A stretch of 63,519 nt of DNA, counting the filler, from Octopus bimaculoides (taxonomy: Eukaryota): assembly GCF_001194135.2 (NCBI RefSeq). It is 7 parts of 7 records of this genome, joined end to end, with 100 filler letters (N's around TTAATTAATTAA, not from the genome) between each part and the next. Parts side by side here need not be neighbours in the genome. Positions count along the whole stretch, not along the records: positions 10,734 to 35,425 come from NC_069005.1; positions 35,526 to 44,909 come from NC_068993.1; 5 more parts are not named here. One strand, 5' to 3'. How positions within the stretch are numbered: position 1 is the first letter of the stretch; the number at the start of each line of letters is the position of its first letter. The notes under the pieces are model-generated. The model made no database searches, was not told the origin of the DNA, and saw only the letters and a list, made by a program, of their open reading frames with translations. Shown here in pieces: positions 24,601-37,158 of the stretch. The position numbers and the translations under genes were made by a program.

Positions 24601-27600
24601 TTATCATTTAACATCTGCCTCATGGAGTAGCATTTTCACAGTGTATTTAGAATTATCCTCTTAGCATAAATGCTCAATGTTCTCATGTGGCATAAATGCA
24701 CTATCTCCATGTGACATTTAGCATAATTTTCATGTGATATTTAGTATTAATCTTCATGCAGCATTTAGGTTACCTTTCTCCTTGATTTTTCTTCATAATC
24801 ATTAATATGTTGTCTTTTTTTTTTTTTTTTGTCATTTAGGATATTTTTCCGGTTTGAAGCTGCCTGGGACAGTTCCCTTCACAACTCTCCTCTTTTGAAC
24901 CGAGTGACTCCCTATGGAGAGAAAGTCTTCATGACATTATCTGCATATTTGGAGGTTAGTATATTATGTGTATATATGCATATATATAGATATGGTATAC
25001 ACGTGTATTTATGCGGGTATATATGTGTATTTAATGCAGGTATATATGTGTATTTATGCAGGTATATATGTGTATATATGCATGTATGTACAGTATACAT
25101 GTGTATATATGGTGTATATTTGTATGTGTGTATATATACTATATATTTATATATGTGTGTATATATGGCATATTTATATCCCTGTGTCGATCAACCTTAT
25201 ATATCACTGGTCACAATGCACTTCCATTCTTTTCTTGACGCACCATTCTTTTCCATCTTGTCCCAAATCGCTTGACTAAACAATCTCTCCATCTTCATGG
25301 AGGCCTTTCGAGTGGCCTTTCCCAATCTTTTGGATTCCACTCAACCACTGCACAGGTCCACCTGTTCCTGTGAAACTTGTGACATGCTGGTCCTGTACAA
25401 CTTGTGCATTCACTATTCTGCAATCACATTTGTTGTGCTCTGTTCTTGAATTTATTTCAGTTTGAATATGTTCCTGTAATGATGCTGCTAGCATGGACTG
25501 TTCCATTGGCCTTTGCATCATAGCCAATCAATGTGCTTCTCTCAACGTAGTAGTCCATGTCTCAGCCAATCAATGTGCTTCTCTCAACATAGTAGTCCAT
25601 GTCTCAGCCAATCAATGTGCTTCTCTCAACGTAGTAGTCCATGTCTCAGCCAATCAATGTGCTTCTCTCAACGTAGTAGTCCATGTCTCATTTATATTTA
25701 AGAGCACAGGTAGGACAGAGTTGTTAAAGAGTCTGGTGCACATGGCTTTGTCCAGCTTTGCTCTGAGCACATCCTTTATTGAGATAAATGGACAGTTGCT
25801 TTAAGAAGTGCCAAACACTTAAAGTGGAAGAAAGTTGTGGAAGAGGGAGTCCAAAGTATTGAAGGCTGTTCTCAAAATGCTTAACCTTATGAAGAAGATG
25901 GCAGAAGACTGAGATATGTGGTGCATTACTATACTCGATAAGACCCACCCACCACAACAGAATTGAGATCCTATACAAAAATAGGGATAGTCACAGGTGG
26001 AGTGTCTTTTTCCATAAATTTGTTTGTGAAAAATTTACTTTCAAGGAGTTTTTTTTTAAAGCTCAACATTGCTTTTTTTTCTTTTTAGTTTCTTCTAATG
26101 TTTTTGTTGTTTTAGTTATTGTGAATGAAGTTACTGATATTCCTCTGGTTATTTCTTCAGGTTGATAATTGTGCCCAGCCTGCCTACATCACGAAAGACT
26201 TGTGTCTGCTTATCCATGCCCGTGACGGAAAACTAACTGCTCCAAGGTAATGTGTGCTCATCTTATTTACCATCCCTCCTTTTTCTGTCTCATTTCTAAT
26301 GTAAACACACAAAGGCGGCGAGCTGGCAGAACCGTTAGCACACCGGGCGAAATGCTTAGCTGTATTTCGTCTGCCGCTACGTTCTGAGTTCAAATTCTGC
26401 CGAGGTCGACTTTGCCTTTCATCCTTTCGGGGTCGATTAAATAAGTACCAGTTATGCACTGGGGTCGATATAATCGATTTAATCCGTGTTTGTCTGTCCT
26501 TGTTTGTCCCCTCTGTGTGTAGCCCCTTGTGGGTAGTAAAGAAATAACACACACACACACATTATTTCTCTCTCTATCTATCTAGCTATCTCTCTCTATC
26601 TATCTAGCTATCTCTCTCTCTATCTATCTAGCTATCTCTCTATCTATCTAGCTATCTCTCTCTCTATCTATCTAGCTATCTNNNNNNNNNNNNNNNNNNN
26701 NNNNNNNNNNNNNNNNNNNNNNNNNNNNNNNNNNNNNNNNNNNNNNNNNNNNNNNNNNNNNNNNNNNNNNNNNNNNNNNNNNNNNNNNNNNNNNNNNNNN
26801 NNNNNNNNNNNNNNNNNNNNNNNNNNNNNNNNNNNNNNNNNNNNNNNNNNNNNNNNNNNNNNNNNNNNNNNNNNNNNNNNNNNNNNNNNNNNNNNNNNNN
26901 NNNNNNNNNNNNNNNNNNNNNNNNNNNNNNNNNNNNNNNNNNNNNNNNNNNNNNNNNNNNNNNNNNNNNNNNNNNNNNNNNNNNNNNNNNNNNNNNNNNN
27001 NNNNNNNNNNNNNNNNNNNNNNNNNNNNNNNNNNNNNNNNNNNNNNNNNNNNNNNNNNNNNNNNNNNNNNNNNNNNNNNNNNNNNNNNNNNNNNNNNNNN
27101 NNNNNNNNNNNNNNNNNNNNNNNNNNNNNNNNNNNNNNNNNNNNNNNNNNNNNNNNNNNNNNNNNNNNNNNNNNNNNNNNNNNNNNNNNNNNNNNNNNNN
27201 NNNNNNNNNNNNNNNNNNNNNNNNNNNNNNNNNNNNNNNNNNNNNNNNNNNNNNNNNNNNNNNNNNNNNNNNNNNNNNNNNNNNNNNNNNNNNNNNNNNN
27301 NNNNNNNNNNNNNNNNNNNNNNNNNNNNNNNNNNNNNNNNNNNNNNNNNNNNNNNNNNNNNNNNNNNNNNNNNNNNNNNNNNNNNNNNNNNNNNNNNNNN
27401 NNNNNNNNNNNNNNNNNNNNNNNNNNNNNNNNNNNNNNNNNNNNNNNNNNNNNNNNNNNNNNNNNNNNNNNNNNNNNNNNNNNNNNNNNNNNNNNNNNNN
27501 NNNNNNNNNNNNNNNNNNNNNNNNNNNNNNNNNNNNNNNNNNNNNNNNNNNNNCTTTCTCTATCTATCTAGCTATCTTTCTCTATCTATCTAGCTATCTC

Positions 27601-30600
27601 TCTCTATCTATCTAGCTATCTCTCTCTCTATCTATCTAGCTATCTCTCTCTATCTATCTAGCTATCTCTCTCTCTCCAACACTATTTTTCTATAGTCTTG
27701 GACTGGTGATTCAGTTCACCTCCAACTTGATTCAGTTACATGATGTTGATAGGCCACGAAAATGGCAAACCATTGATGTCCATCACTCTGGAATGGAATT
27801 TAGGGTGAGTTGTCACCTGGGGAGAACGCATACGCCATAGAATCTAGGAAACTGGGCCCATGAGCCTGGCTAGGCTTTAAAAAGGGTGAAAAAATAACAC
27901 AATAACAACCACAAACTCACAAGTCAACAAATATATAAACTCATGCATGCACATTTCATAATAGATGTCACAATAAATGTGTATGTTCACACGTACACAC
28001 ACACACACATGCATACACACACACACACACACACACTTATGGTATTATCCACAGACTCTAAATTGTGTGTGTTGGAAATGTTCTCTCTTTTACTTTTTTA
28101 CTTGTTTCAGTCATTTGACTGTGGCCATGCTGGAGCATCACCTTAAAGGGTTTTAGTCGAAGAAATCGACCCCAGGACTTATTCTTTGTAAGCCTAGTAC
28201 TTATTCTGTCGGTCTCTTTTGCTGAATTGCTCGGTTACGGGGACATAAACACACCAGCATCGGATGTCAAGCAATGGCAGGGGACACACACACACACACA
28301 CACACATACATACATACACATGCATATATATACGACTGGCTTCTTTCAGTTTCCGTCTACCAAATCCACTCACAAGGCTTTGGTCAGCCCAAGGCCATAG
28401 TAGAAGACACTTGCCCAAGGTGCCATGCAGTGGGACTGAACCCGAAACCAAGTGGTTGGGAAGCAAGCTTCTTACCACACAGCCACGCCCGTGCTTGGGG
28501 ATCTTTATATCTCATCATCATCATCATCATCATCGTCATCATTTAACATTCGTTTTCCATGCTGGCATGTGTTGGATGCATCAACAGGTCCCAGTAAGCT
28601 AGAAGACTGTGCCAAGCCCCCCAAATGTCTGGTTTGGCATGTTTTCCAAGGCTGGGTGCCCTTTTATAGCATTTTAAATGGCACTGGCACTAAGTGAGGT
28701 CAACAATCAACATGAGGAAAACCAAAAATTGATTTCATTTAACATCATGATAATGATGATGATGATGATGATGACAATAAGTTTCATGTCTTGTATTTTC
28801 AGTATTGGATGTTTCAATCTGTAAGTATTGTTTCTATAATGCTTGACTTAATTTTGTTTATGGCCAAATCATGAACAAGCATGTAGGTATGTATGTATGT
28901 ATGCAATTCTGATCAGGGTGATGTTTTCAAAGAGCGTTCCAATTCTTTGGTCAGTGGAACTATATATTGTATTATATAGCGTAAGTGACTGAGTATTCCA
29001 CTGACACTTATACTCTTAATGTAATCTCTGAGCAGAAAAACAGCATGACACTAATGTGGATAAGGCTGAGCCTAACCTATTTGACAGGCTTCCATACTGT
29101 TTCCATTTACCTAATTTCATTAACAAGGATGAGGTTGAACTAGGACTATGGTTTTTATTTTCTTGTTTTGTTATATTAATTTACTCTGAGCAAAGATGAT
29201 GCAGAGATTTCTGAAGTATTTTCCATGTTTACTTATGTTTTAGAATCAATGTTTTTTGCTAAAAAAAATGACATGGCTAAGTAGATTAAGTATTAGATTA
29301 CCAGCATACGGGTCTTAAAATATTTCTTTCAGTATTTTATTATGATTCAGGGCAGGGCGCTTAAACTGTATCCACTTCAGGTTTACCTAGATGTAGAATG
29401 ATTGAGGATGTATACATTTGAAAGCAACCTTTAACACTCTGATTTTAAATCTAAAGAAGCTCAACTTCGTCTTTCATCTCTCTGAGATAAATGAGATGGG
29501 TACCAGTAATACACCAGGGTCCTATATTCAATCTATCATATTCCTTTGAGCTGAGAAGGTGGCTTCTACAGCAGGAATGACAAGCTTTTGGTATGCATGT
29601 TTGCAGTGACATGCTGCAAGTCCTTACATGACAAGCAATAGATATCGACAAAAGAAAAATCTTTCTCTGCAATATAATGTTATAAAAATTGTTGGAACTC
29701 CGTCGCTTACGACGTTGAGGGCTCCAGTTGATCCGATCAATGGAACAGCCTGCTCGTGAAATTAATGTGCAAGTGGCTGAGCACTCCACAGACACGTGTA
29801 CCCTTAACGTAGTTCTCGGGGATATTCAGCGTGACACAGTGTGACAAGGCTGACCCTTTGAATTACAGGCACAACAGAAACAGGAAGTAAGAGTGAGAGA
29901 AAGTTGTGGTGAAAGAGTACAGCAGGGTTTGCCACCATCTCCTGCCAGAGCCTAGTGGAGCTTTAGGTGTTTTCGTTCAATAAACACTCACAACGCCCGG
30001 TTTGGGAATCGAAACCGCGATCCTATGACCGTGAGTCCGCTGCCCTAACCACTGGGCCATTGCACTTCCACGTTATAAAAATAGCTTTTTTCTAAAGTCA
30101 TATTTTCTAAAAGTATTGAATTATCAAAGTCATTAGGGCCTCAAACAAAATGCTTTGCCATATTTTTTCCAGCTCTTTGCACTCTGATTTTAAATCTTGC
30201 CAAGGTCGACTATGTCATTTATCCTTTAGGGCTTAAATTAAAATCACCAGTTCAGGATTAGTGAAAATTTTAACACTGTTAACTAGTTAGTTTGTGGTAT
30301 GTATTGTAGCTCTGAACATTCTGAGTTCAAATCCTGATGCCTCCAGTCAACTGAAAAATAAAAAAAGTGAGAGAGATATAGAACACTACCATCAGGAATT
30401 GCAATGGAAATATCAATGGAAACATAATTTCCTTGGTTTGGTCAGAACAATATGATGATGATGATGATATGAACAAGCAAATATATTCCATTTAAGGCAG
30501 TTTAAAATACCATTAAATTATCCTTCCTTTAGCATTCGCTTCAGCTATTACAAACAAATAAATGTAGCCTTAGCTTTATTGCTGTGCCTTCTTCAGTTAG

Positions 30601-33058
30601 CTCACTTCCAGATTGTAGTGTTTACAGATACAGCCAATAATAATAATAATAATAATAAGGATGATAATGATGATAATGGTTTCTGCATCTGTTTTCCAAA
30701 CTGGAATGGGTTGGATAGGCATCATGGTCTGAATCAATTCTTATTGGGAGCCATTATACCCATAGACTAGAACTCATATGTTTTATTTTGGCTTGGTTTC
30801 TACTCCTGGATGTCTTTACAGAGTGTAACAGAACATTTTGTCCATGATGTCACACAAGAGCGGTTGTCAGTTTCTTAGTAAGATAACATTAAAGTCCTTA
30901 AAATAGACAAATTGTTTGGGTACTACTGGCTTACTTCAAGACTGTTAGGCTACTGCTGGCTTACCTGAAAAATTGCTTGGGGACTGCTGGCTTACCTGAG
31001 AGAATGTTAAGGTACTACATGCTTACTTGAGAGAGTGTTAAGGTACTACAGGCTTATGTATGAGAGTTGCTAGGGTACTGCTGGCTTACCTGAAAGATTT
31101 GTTTTGGTTCAACATGCAAAAAGGGTTGGTGAGTCTGGTTCTTATTCTCTCGTTGCTGCTGCTCTATGATGTTATGACACAGATACAAAATTCTCAATAG
31201 ATCCCTCCATGTAACTTCAAATACTGTAATTGATGGCGTGCATGATTCACTGGCACATTACACATGGTGCATATTCAGGAAGAAAAGGTTTTAGTGCAAT
31301 AAAAGCTCATAGAAGTCCCAACTTCGCATATAGGACTCAGGGTGAATTTTCTTTTAGTCATTATTTTTTTCGAAAAAAAAACCAAATATGTTAAGTACAA
31401 TGGAAAGTAGATATAGCTTGCCATGGTGTGACTACACAGTAATCAACAAATGTCTTTTTCTAACTTGCAATGTGGAACTTAAATTTGCCCATTGATAAAC
31501 ATGTATAAAGAAAAATTTGTTAGACTGCCTGCAACCTTCATAACTGGTAATATGATGGCATATAGTTTGCTTGCCATGGTTGATACCGCTTGCTTGCAAA
31601 GTCTTCCATCTTCATATTGTTTTGAAATGCCAAAAAAGGAAGCAAAAAAAATGCAATCCATGCATGCATGGAAACGGACACACAAAAAGGAGAATGATGA
31701 TGATAGTGATTATGTGGATGTAGGCATGATTGTATAGTTAAGTACTTCATTTTGCAACACCACATGGTTTCAGGTTAAAACCCAGTGTGCAGTACCTGGG
31801 GCAAATCTGCAAACTAAATTGATTCAATTACATCCTTAAAACGAGTCCCACATGAGACACAACTTCAATTTTGAACTTGATGTTGAATTTCAATAGTTTA
31901 TATACTGAGTCGAGGATTAAAGGATTAAACTAAACCTGTTTCAAACTCTGATTTGTGGTGTAAAGTTCCGTTCCAGATCACTTATTTTATATTCTTGTTG
32001 ATTTTGTTATTTCAGATCCCTGCGTAACCTATTTTCTGGAGGTTATTCTCGCAAGGACACCAACAGACTAGGGGGGGTTTATGAATTGTTCCTACGCCGT
32101 TGCAACAATTCTGGAAGTCCAGGTAAATAATCACTTGTCTCATTTCTTCTGGTATAATTTCACTCTTGTTCTATCTATCTATCTGTCTGTCTGTCTGTGA
32201 ATATATATATATATTTTTAATAGGGTGAATCTTTTTTAATAGGGTGAATCTGTATTAAATTTATTTGGTCTGTGAATTACACATCATTGACCGTTAATTG
32301 AAACGACCAATCCATGGCCCTTATTTGAAACAACCAATCAAACGAATCCATGTGTTTTAAATTTTATATTACTTTCGATTGCATTGTTATCCTTTCTCCA
32401 TTTCTAACAAAACTGTCCGATGAACGGGAACGTGAAACTCAGAGTAACGGTTTTTTTGTTATATTTCTGCTGCTTTTAAATAAAGTATATATATANNNNN
32501 NNNNNNNNNNNNNNNNNNNNNNNNNNNNNNNNNNNNNNNNNNNNNNNNNNNNNNNNNNNNNNNNNNNNNNNNNNNNNNNNNNNNNNNNNNNNNNNNNNNN
32601 NNNNNNNNNNNNNNNNNNNNNNNNNNNNNNNNNNNNNNNNNNNNNNNNNNNNNNNNNNNNNNNNNNNNNNNNNNNNNNNNNNNNNNNNNNNNNNNNNNNN
32701 NNNNNNNNNNNNNNNNNNNNNNNNNNNNNNNNNNNNNNNNNNNNNNNNNNNNNNNNNNNNNNNNNNNNNNNNNNNNNNTATATATATATATATATATATT
32801 ATTTAGAACAGTTTGATTTGGTTTTTGTGCTACTCCAAGTTCCAACTCATTCAGGCTTCTGGAATAACCGATTCAGTTATCCCAAAAGCCTGGAATAACC
32901 AATTTGGTTATTCCAGAAGTCTGAACAAGTTGGGCTCCATTAGAGGCCTGTGAAACTTGGAGTACCACAGAAACTGAACAAAGCTGTTTTAAATGATTCA
33001 TGTAACTCCTACTAAATGTGTTGAGTGGCCTTATCTTTCATTTGTCCACTCGCTTGTT

Positions 33059-33093
<35 letters not shown>

Positions 33094-35171
33094 ATCTATA
33101 TATAATAATAATTCTAGAATGGAATTTATAAATATTTTGCACATTGCTATGTTAAAGTAATGTAAGTTGTGGAAAATGCATGTAGTGATGTATGAAATAT
33201 TTATAAACTCCATCTTAGAATTATTATTATTATTATATCAGTATAACCATGGTACAACCCTGAAAAACTAACTCTATAGTCACTATCATTAGACAGTAGC
33301 TGGCATAATGAAATAGGAGCTTTATTTGCATCCCCTAATGTTACCATAAGTGAATTTAAAAGATATATATATATATATATATCCGTGTGTTTAGTTTTAT
33401 TAATTTTCTCTTTTGTGTTTCTTGTGGCTGATCAATGTACTTGGAGGTTATTACATTATGAGAGCTTTTCCACTTTTGTTTAACCATAATTTGTAAAACT
33501 AGCACCACTTCCATTTTTATTGTTAAAATTAATCATTTTCCAACTATGACATACTTTTTTCTACAAATAATGTAAATGTATTAAATGTTCAGAACTACAT
33601 TACATTACAAATTGCGGTTCCTGGTGACCTTGTGGTTAGGGTGTTGCACCCATGCTTGATAGATCATGGGTTTGATTTCTGGACTGAGCAGCACATTGTG
33701 TTGTTGAGCAAGACACCTCATTTCATGTTGCTCCAGTCTGTTCAGTTGTAAATGGGTAACTTGCAATGGAGTAACCTTCTGATCAGAGTAAATGTTAGCC
33801 TGCTCACCTAACCAGTGGGGCGACATGGTGGCATCATTTGGAAACTAAAATGATGTAAAGTGCATTGTGACCAGCGATGTGTAACAACATCTGATAGTCT
33901 GGCCAATCACGTGATATTGCAAATTGATGTAAGAGTATTTTTATTGAAAAGCAAAAGTAAGTTTCTGAGTATTAAATCACAACCATCGAAGCATTGTTAC
34001 ATTAAATATCAGCCCTTGCCTCATTCATTAATAAGGGTTCCCTCGTTTATCAGTTGAGGTATTCACTTGATAAGTGATCAGTTATGGGTGGTGGAATTGG
34101 CAGAGTCATTAGAACATTGGATGGAATGTCTTGCAGCATTTGCTTTGGCACTTAGTGACCTGAGTTCACATTTTGCTAAAATGAACTTTGCCTTTCATAT
34201 TTTTTCTTTTCTTATTTTTCTCTTCCATTTTTTTTTTTTTTGCGGGGTCTGATAAAAATAAAAAAAAGGAATTACCAATCCAGATTGAGAGATTGGTGGA
34301 ACTAAGAATGTTGAACCAAATGCCTTGTGGTATTTGTTCCAGCTCTTTGCATTCTGAGTTCAAATCCTGCTGTGACCTGCATGGATGGTCACATGGTTAA
34401 CACCACCACCCGTCCCATGAGTGCCTTTAGTAGAGTATACTCTGTTGTAAGAATTCAAGTCAGATCTCAGGTTTGAAGGGAATTCCCTCTCTTTCTCAGA
34501 AGCCCTATAAAAACCATGGTAACTGCCTTTCCTTCTGACTACAAGATAAAGACAAATCTAAATGATATATCAATTGCTATAGTTGAAATTGAACTTGATT
34601 CCTCTTCTCTAAAGCGCAGCACTTCTTTGGCTGAGTTAATAACAACACTCATGAAAGAAGAGTTTGTTTTGAAATTTTGCAAGTTTAACTTTTGCACACA
34701 AACCAAATCTAATTGATTAAGGTTTGGCAATTAAGATGAGTTAAAGTTCACCAACTTTGAAGGTTTCAAAGCTTACACACAAAATGAATGAATAAAATCC
34801 TTGATTTAGAACATAACTTTGATAAGCCTCTCTCTTTCATACCCACTCTCTCTCTCTCTCTCTCTCATATTTCTTAATCTTAACTTTTCCCCTTTTTACC
34901 GTTCCTTTCTTACCCTCCTTTATATTTACCTATCTTATTTTCCACTTTCCTTTGTCCTTATATTTTTGTCTCCACCAATCCAACTCTCTCTCTCTATTTA
35001 TTCCATTCCCTGTCACACTTTCCCCTACTCATCCTCCTTTCCCTTCCCTACCTCTCACTTTTCTGAACTTTCTCTCTTTGCTGAGAAAAAAAATAATTTT
35101 TGTTCTGCTAGTTTCTCGCCCCAAGAGGTTCTCGGTGCATGGAGATCTTCAGCGGGTAATGCTAGCCCGTG
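21599..35171 (+). CDS. unc-104: Partial multi-exon kinesin-3 gene (unc-104/KIF1A/KIF1B-like), stalk/DUF3694 region
   Basis: Exons joined at GT-AG sites with matching phases give ...[80 protein letters not shown]...[74 protein letters not shown]...SGSPG. This closely matches Drosophila Unc-104 and vertebrate KIF1A/B as I recall them. Motor, FHA and PH exons are not seen. Confidence 0.96.
22052..22413 (+). repeat. 26-bp minisatellite, 14 units, higher-order 104-bp period
   Basis: gtggcaccatccccagtgctttttac and two variant units arranged as (AABC)x3. Confidence 0.95.
22511..22662 (+). CDS. unc-104: unc-104 exon (152 nt): [51 protein letters not shown]
   Basis: cattag acceptor, gtaag donor; [10 protein letters not shown] motif. 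Confidence 0.96.
23680..23785 (+). CDS. unc-104: unc-104 exon (106 nt): [35 protein letters not shown]
   Basis: ttgcag acceptor, gtaagt donor; phases 1 and 2 fit the neighbouring exons. Confidence 0.94.
24309..24515 (+). mobile_element. piggyBac-like MITE (inverted partner at ~23975-24140)
   Basis: ttaaccatttagcattcagatt... start; homologous to 17037 and 20483. Confidence 0.65.
24840..24954 (+). CDS. unc-104: unc-104 exon (115 nt): [38 protein letters not shown]
   Basis: poly-T tract + tttag acceptor, gttagt donor; [11 protein letters not shown] motif. Confidence 0.97.
25190..25990 (-). mobile_element. Degenerate RTE-like LINE fragment
   Basis: Minus frame ...[36 protein letters not shown] resembles an RTE C-terminus. 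Confidence 0.5.
25522..25689 (+). repeat. 42-bp tandem repeat x4
   Basis: agccaatcaatgtgcttctctcaacgtagtagtccatgtctc; one substitution among the copies. Confidence 0.95.
26161..26246 (+). CDS. unc-104: unc-104 exon (86 nt): [28 protein letters not shown]
   Basis: cttcag acceptor, gtaatg donor; C-x-x-P-A-x-I-T-K-D motif. Confidence 0.95.
26314..26547 (+). mobile_element. SINE family B, ~70 nt downstream of an exon
   Basis: Homologous to 19468-19696. Confidence 0.9.
26567..27676. repeat. (ctatctatctagctatctct)n array spanning a gap
   Basis: Same unit on both sides of the N run. Confidence 0.85.
28086..28494 (-). mobile_element. SINE family C
   Basis: Homologous to 9290-9692. Confidence 0.9.
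28803..28820 (+). CDS. unc-104: Candidate 18-nt frame-preserving microexon of unc-104 (adds IGCFNL, R to S at junction)
   Basis: ttgtattttcag|tattggatgtttcaatct|gtaagt; phase 2-2 matches the flanking exons; no stop codon. Confidence 0.5.
29690..30071 (-). mobile_element. SINE family A with 11-bp TSD
   Basis: gttataaaaat at 29679-29689 and 30072-30082. Confidence 0.92.
30915..31100 (+). repeat. Degenerate ~31-bp tandem repeat
   Basis: Recurring gtactgctggcttacctga units. Confidence 0.7.
32016..32122 (+). CDS. unc-104: unc-104 exon (107 nt): [36 protein letters not shown]
   Basis: atttcag acceptor, gtaaat donor; SLRNLFSG and GVYEL motifs. Confidence 0.95.
33615..33915 (+). mobile_element. 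Older tRNA-type SINE (family F)
   Basis: tRNA-like head + ttgagcaagacac..tttcatgttgctccagtc domain; reverse copy at ~18950-19083. Confidence 0.6.
35112..35171 (+). CDS. unc-104: Candidate 60-nt symmetric cassette exon of unc-104: [20 protein letters not shown]
   Basis: ttttgttctgctag acceptor after a ~250-nt pyrimidine tract; g|gtaagt donor; phase 1-1; open frame. Confidence 0.6.
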
Positions 35172-36297
35172 GTAAGTACCTCAGCACACAATGTTAGGTT
35201 CCCTGTCTACTCCATCTCCTACTCTTGATAGTTTCTTAATGTTCCATTGCCAAAAATTAAGTTTCCCGAGTTTCAAAAACAAAAATCATAACTTACATTC
35301 ATTGGAAGAGATATCAGATGGAGAGTGAAAAGATATTTTTGATTCAGAAACTCAGATTATTCAGTAGCTAGTTTATCATCTTGCTAGTTGTATAGCTCTA
35401 ATTTGTTTAGTTTAATTATATATATNNNNNNNNNNNNNNNNNNNNNNNNNNNNNNNNNNNNNNNNNNNNTTAATTAATTAANNNNNNNNNNNNNNNNNNN
35501 NNNNNNNNNNNNNNNNNNNNNNNNNTGTGTGTGTGTGTGTGTGTGTTCATACAATGATATCTACCAAATGTATTGATGAGATAAAACGTGTAATCGTTAC
35601 CAAAATAGCAAAAATCCGTCCACAAAGGTCTATAGTAAACTCCTTACGGATCGATCTCCTTGGTTATATATCAAAAATTTAAATAAGAGTTTTGACGCTA
35701 ATATCCATTTATAGTAAAGTTTATTACCATGTTTCTTTAGATTTTGTTTAGAGAATTTTCGCTTCAAAATAACTATATGAATGAGCTATAGCACTTGACT
35801 CTATATTTGCTTATACGGCTGTTGTTGTTATTATTACCAGCCTTGCTATCTTCGAAACCAGTTATTTGAGAGTGGAGTGTCTGGGATGTTTTTCTATTAA
35901 TTGTTCACCAGTCATTCGTTTTCTCCTTTTTTTTTTTTTCATACTTTCAATTGGATGTCTTCGTTCTAATTTTATTTCTTTAATTTTTGCTGTTGCAGTA
36001 TCCAGTCTTGTAGCTTAAAAAATACGAAGAAAAACGATGTTTCCGCACTACGAAAGTCAAATATTACAGCAACAACAATATTAATAATTGTAATAATAAT
36101 CCATTCTGCTACAGGCACAAGGCCTGCAATTTTGGGAGAAGGGACGAGTCAATTGCATCGATCCCAGTACTAGACTGCTACTTATTTTATCGACCCCAAA
36201 GTGATGAAAGGTAAAGTTGACCTGGGCGGAATATCAACAGAGATGGTAATAATCTGGAATCATAATAAAAGTAACAACAACAACAACAGCAATGATG

Positions 36298-36369
<72 letters not shown>

Positions 36370-36627
36370 GCCATTGAGTAACAGAGGCTATGGAACTTGC
36401 AGGTAAACTGTATCCCTGTAGTTATAGGTGCATTAGGAACTATCCCTAAAGATTTGAACAGATGGATAGAGGAAATAGGCATAAAACCTGGTTTAGTGCA
36501 GCTTCAGAAAACAGCATTATTAGGGACAGCTTGGATACTTAGGAAGGTTCTTGGCATCTAAGGTTACTTGTTGTAGCCCGATGTTAGGAATTTTTCTTTT
36601 CCAACAGACTCATTCCGTTGTACGTAT
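36370..36627 (+). mobile_element. R4/Dong-type RLE LINE 3' end
   Basis: QRLWNLQVNCIPVVIGALGTIPKDL...LQKTALLGTAWILRKVLGI*; lies between (aat)n and (gat)n. Confidence 0.8.
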
Positions 36628-36732
36628 ATGATGATGATGACGATGATGACGACGACGACGACGACGACGACGATGATGATGATGATGATGATGGTGATCA
36701 TGATGATGATGGTAATGATGATGATAATGATA

Positions 36733-36777
<45 letters not shown>

Positions 36778-37158
36778 ATACAAGCACAAATACTCACATA
36801 TTAGTCTGGCAAGAAATTTGTTTTGTTTTTTGTAGTAAACTTTGCTGATGACCATTGTTCAAGACAATGGTCGTAACGAAAAGAAAATGAATAAATTTCA
36901 TGCCAGACTATCAAATTGAGAATATGTAATTGTGCCATTCCAAAACTATTGTATGAAATTGAATTAAATTTGTCACATAGGGACAACGGCAGAAATTTGG
37001 TGATAGAAAAAGGAATCAATCGTATCGATTCTATTACTTGAGTGGAACTTACTTCAATTCATCACGAAGAGGTAAGATTGACCACGACGAGATTTGAACT
37101 CTTTAACTTCAATTAATAACTAATATCTGCCTGTTGTCTGTTCTGTAGTATCTGACCA

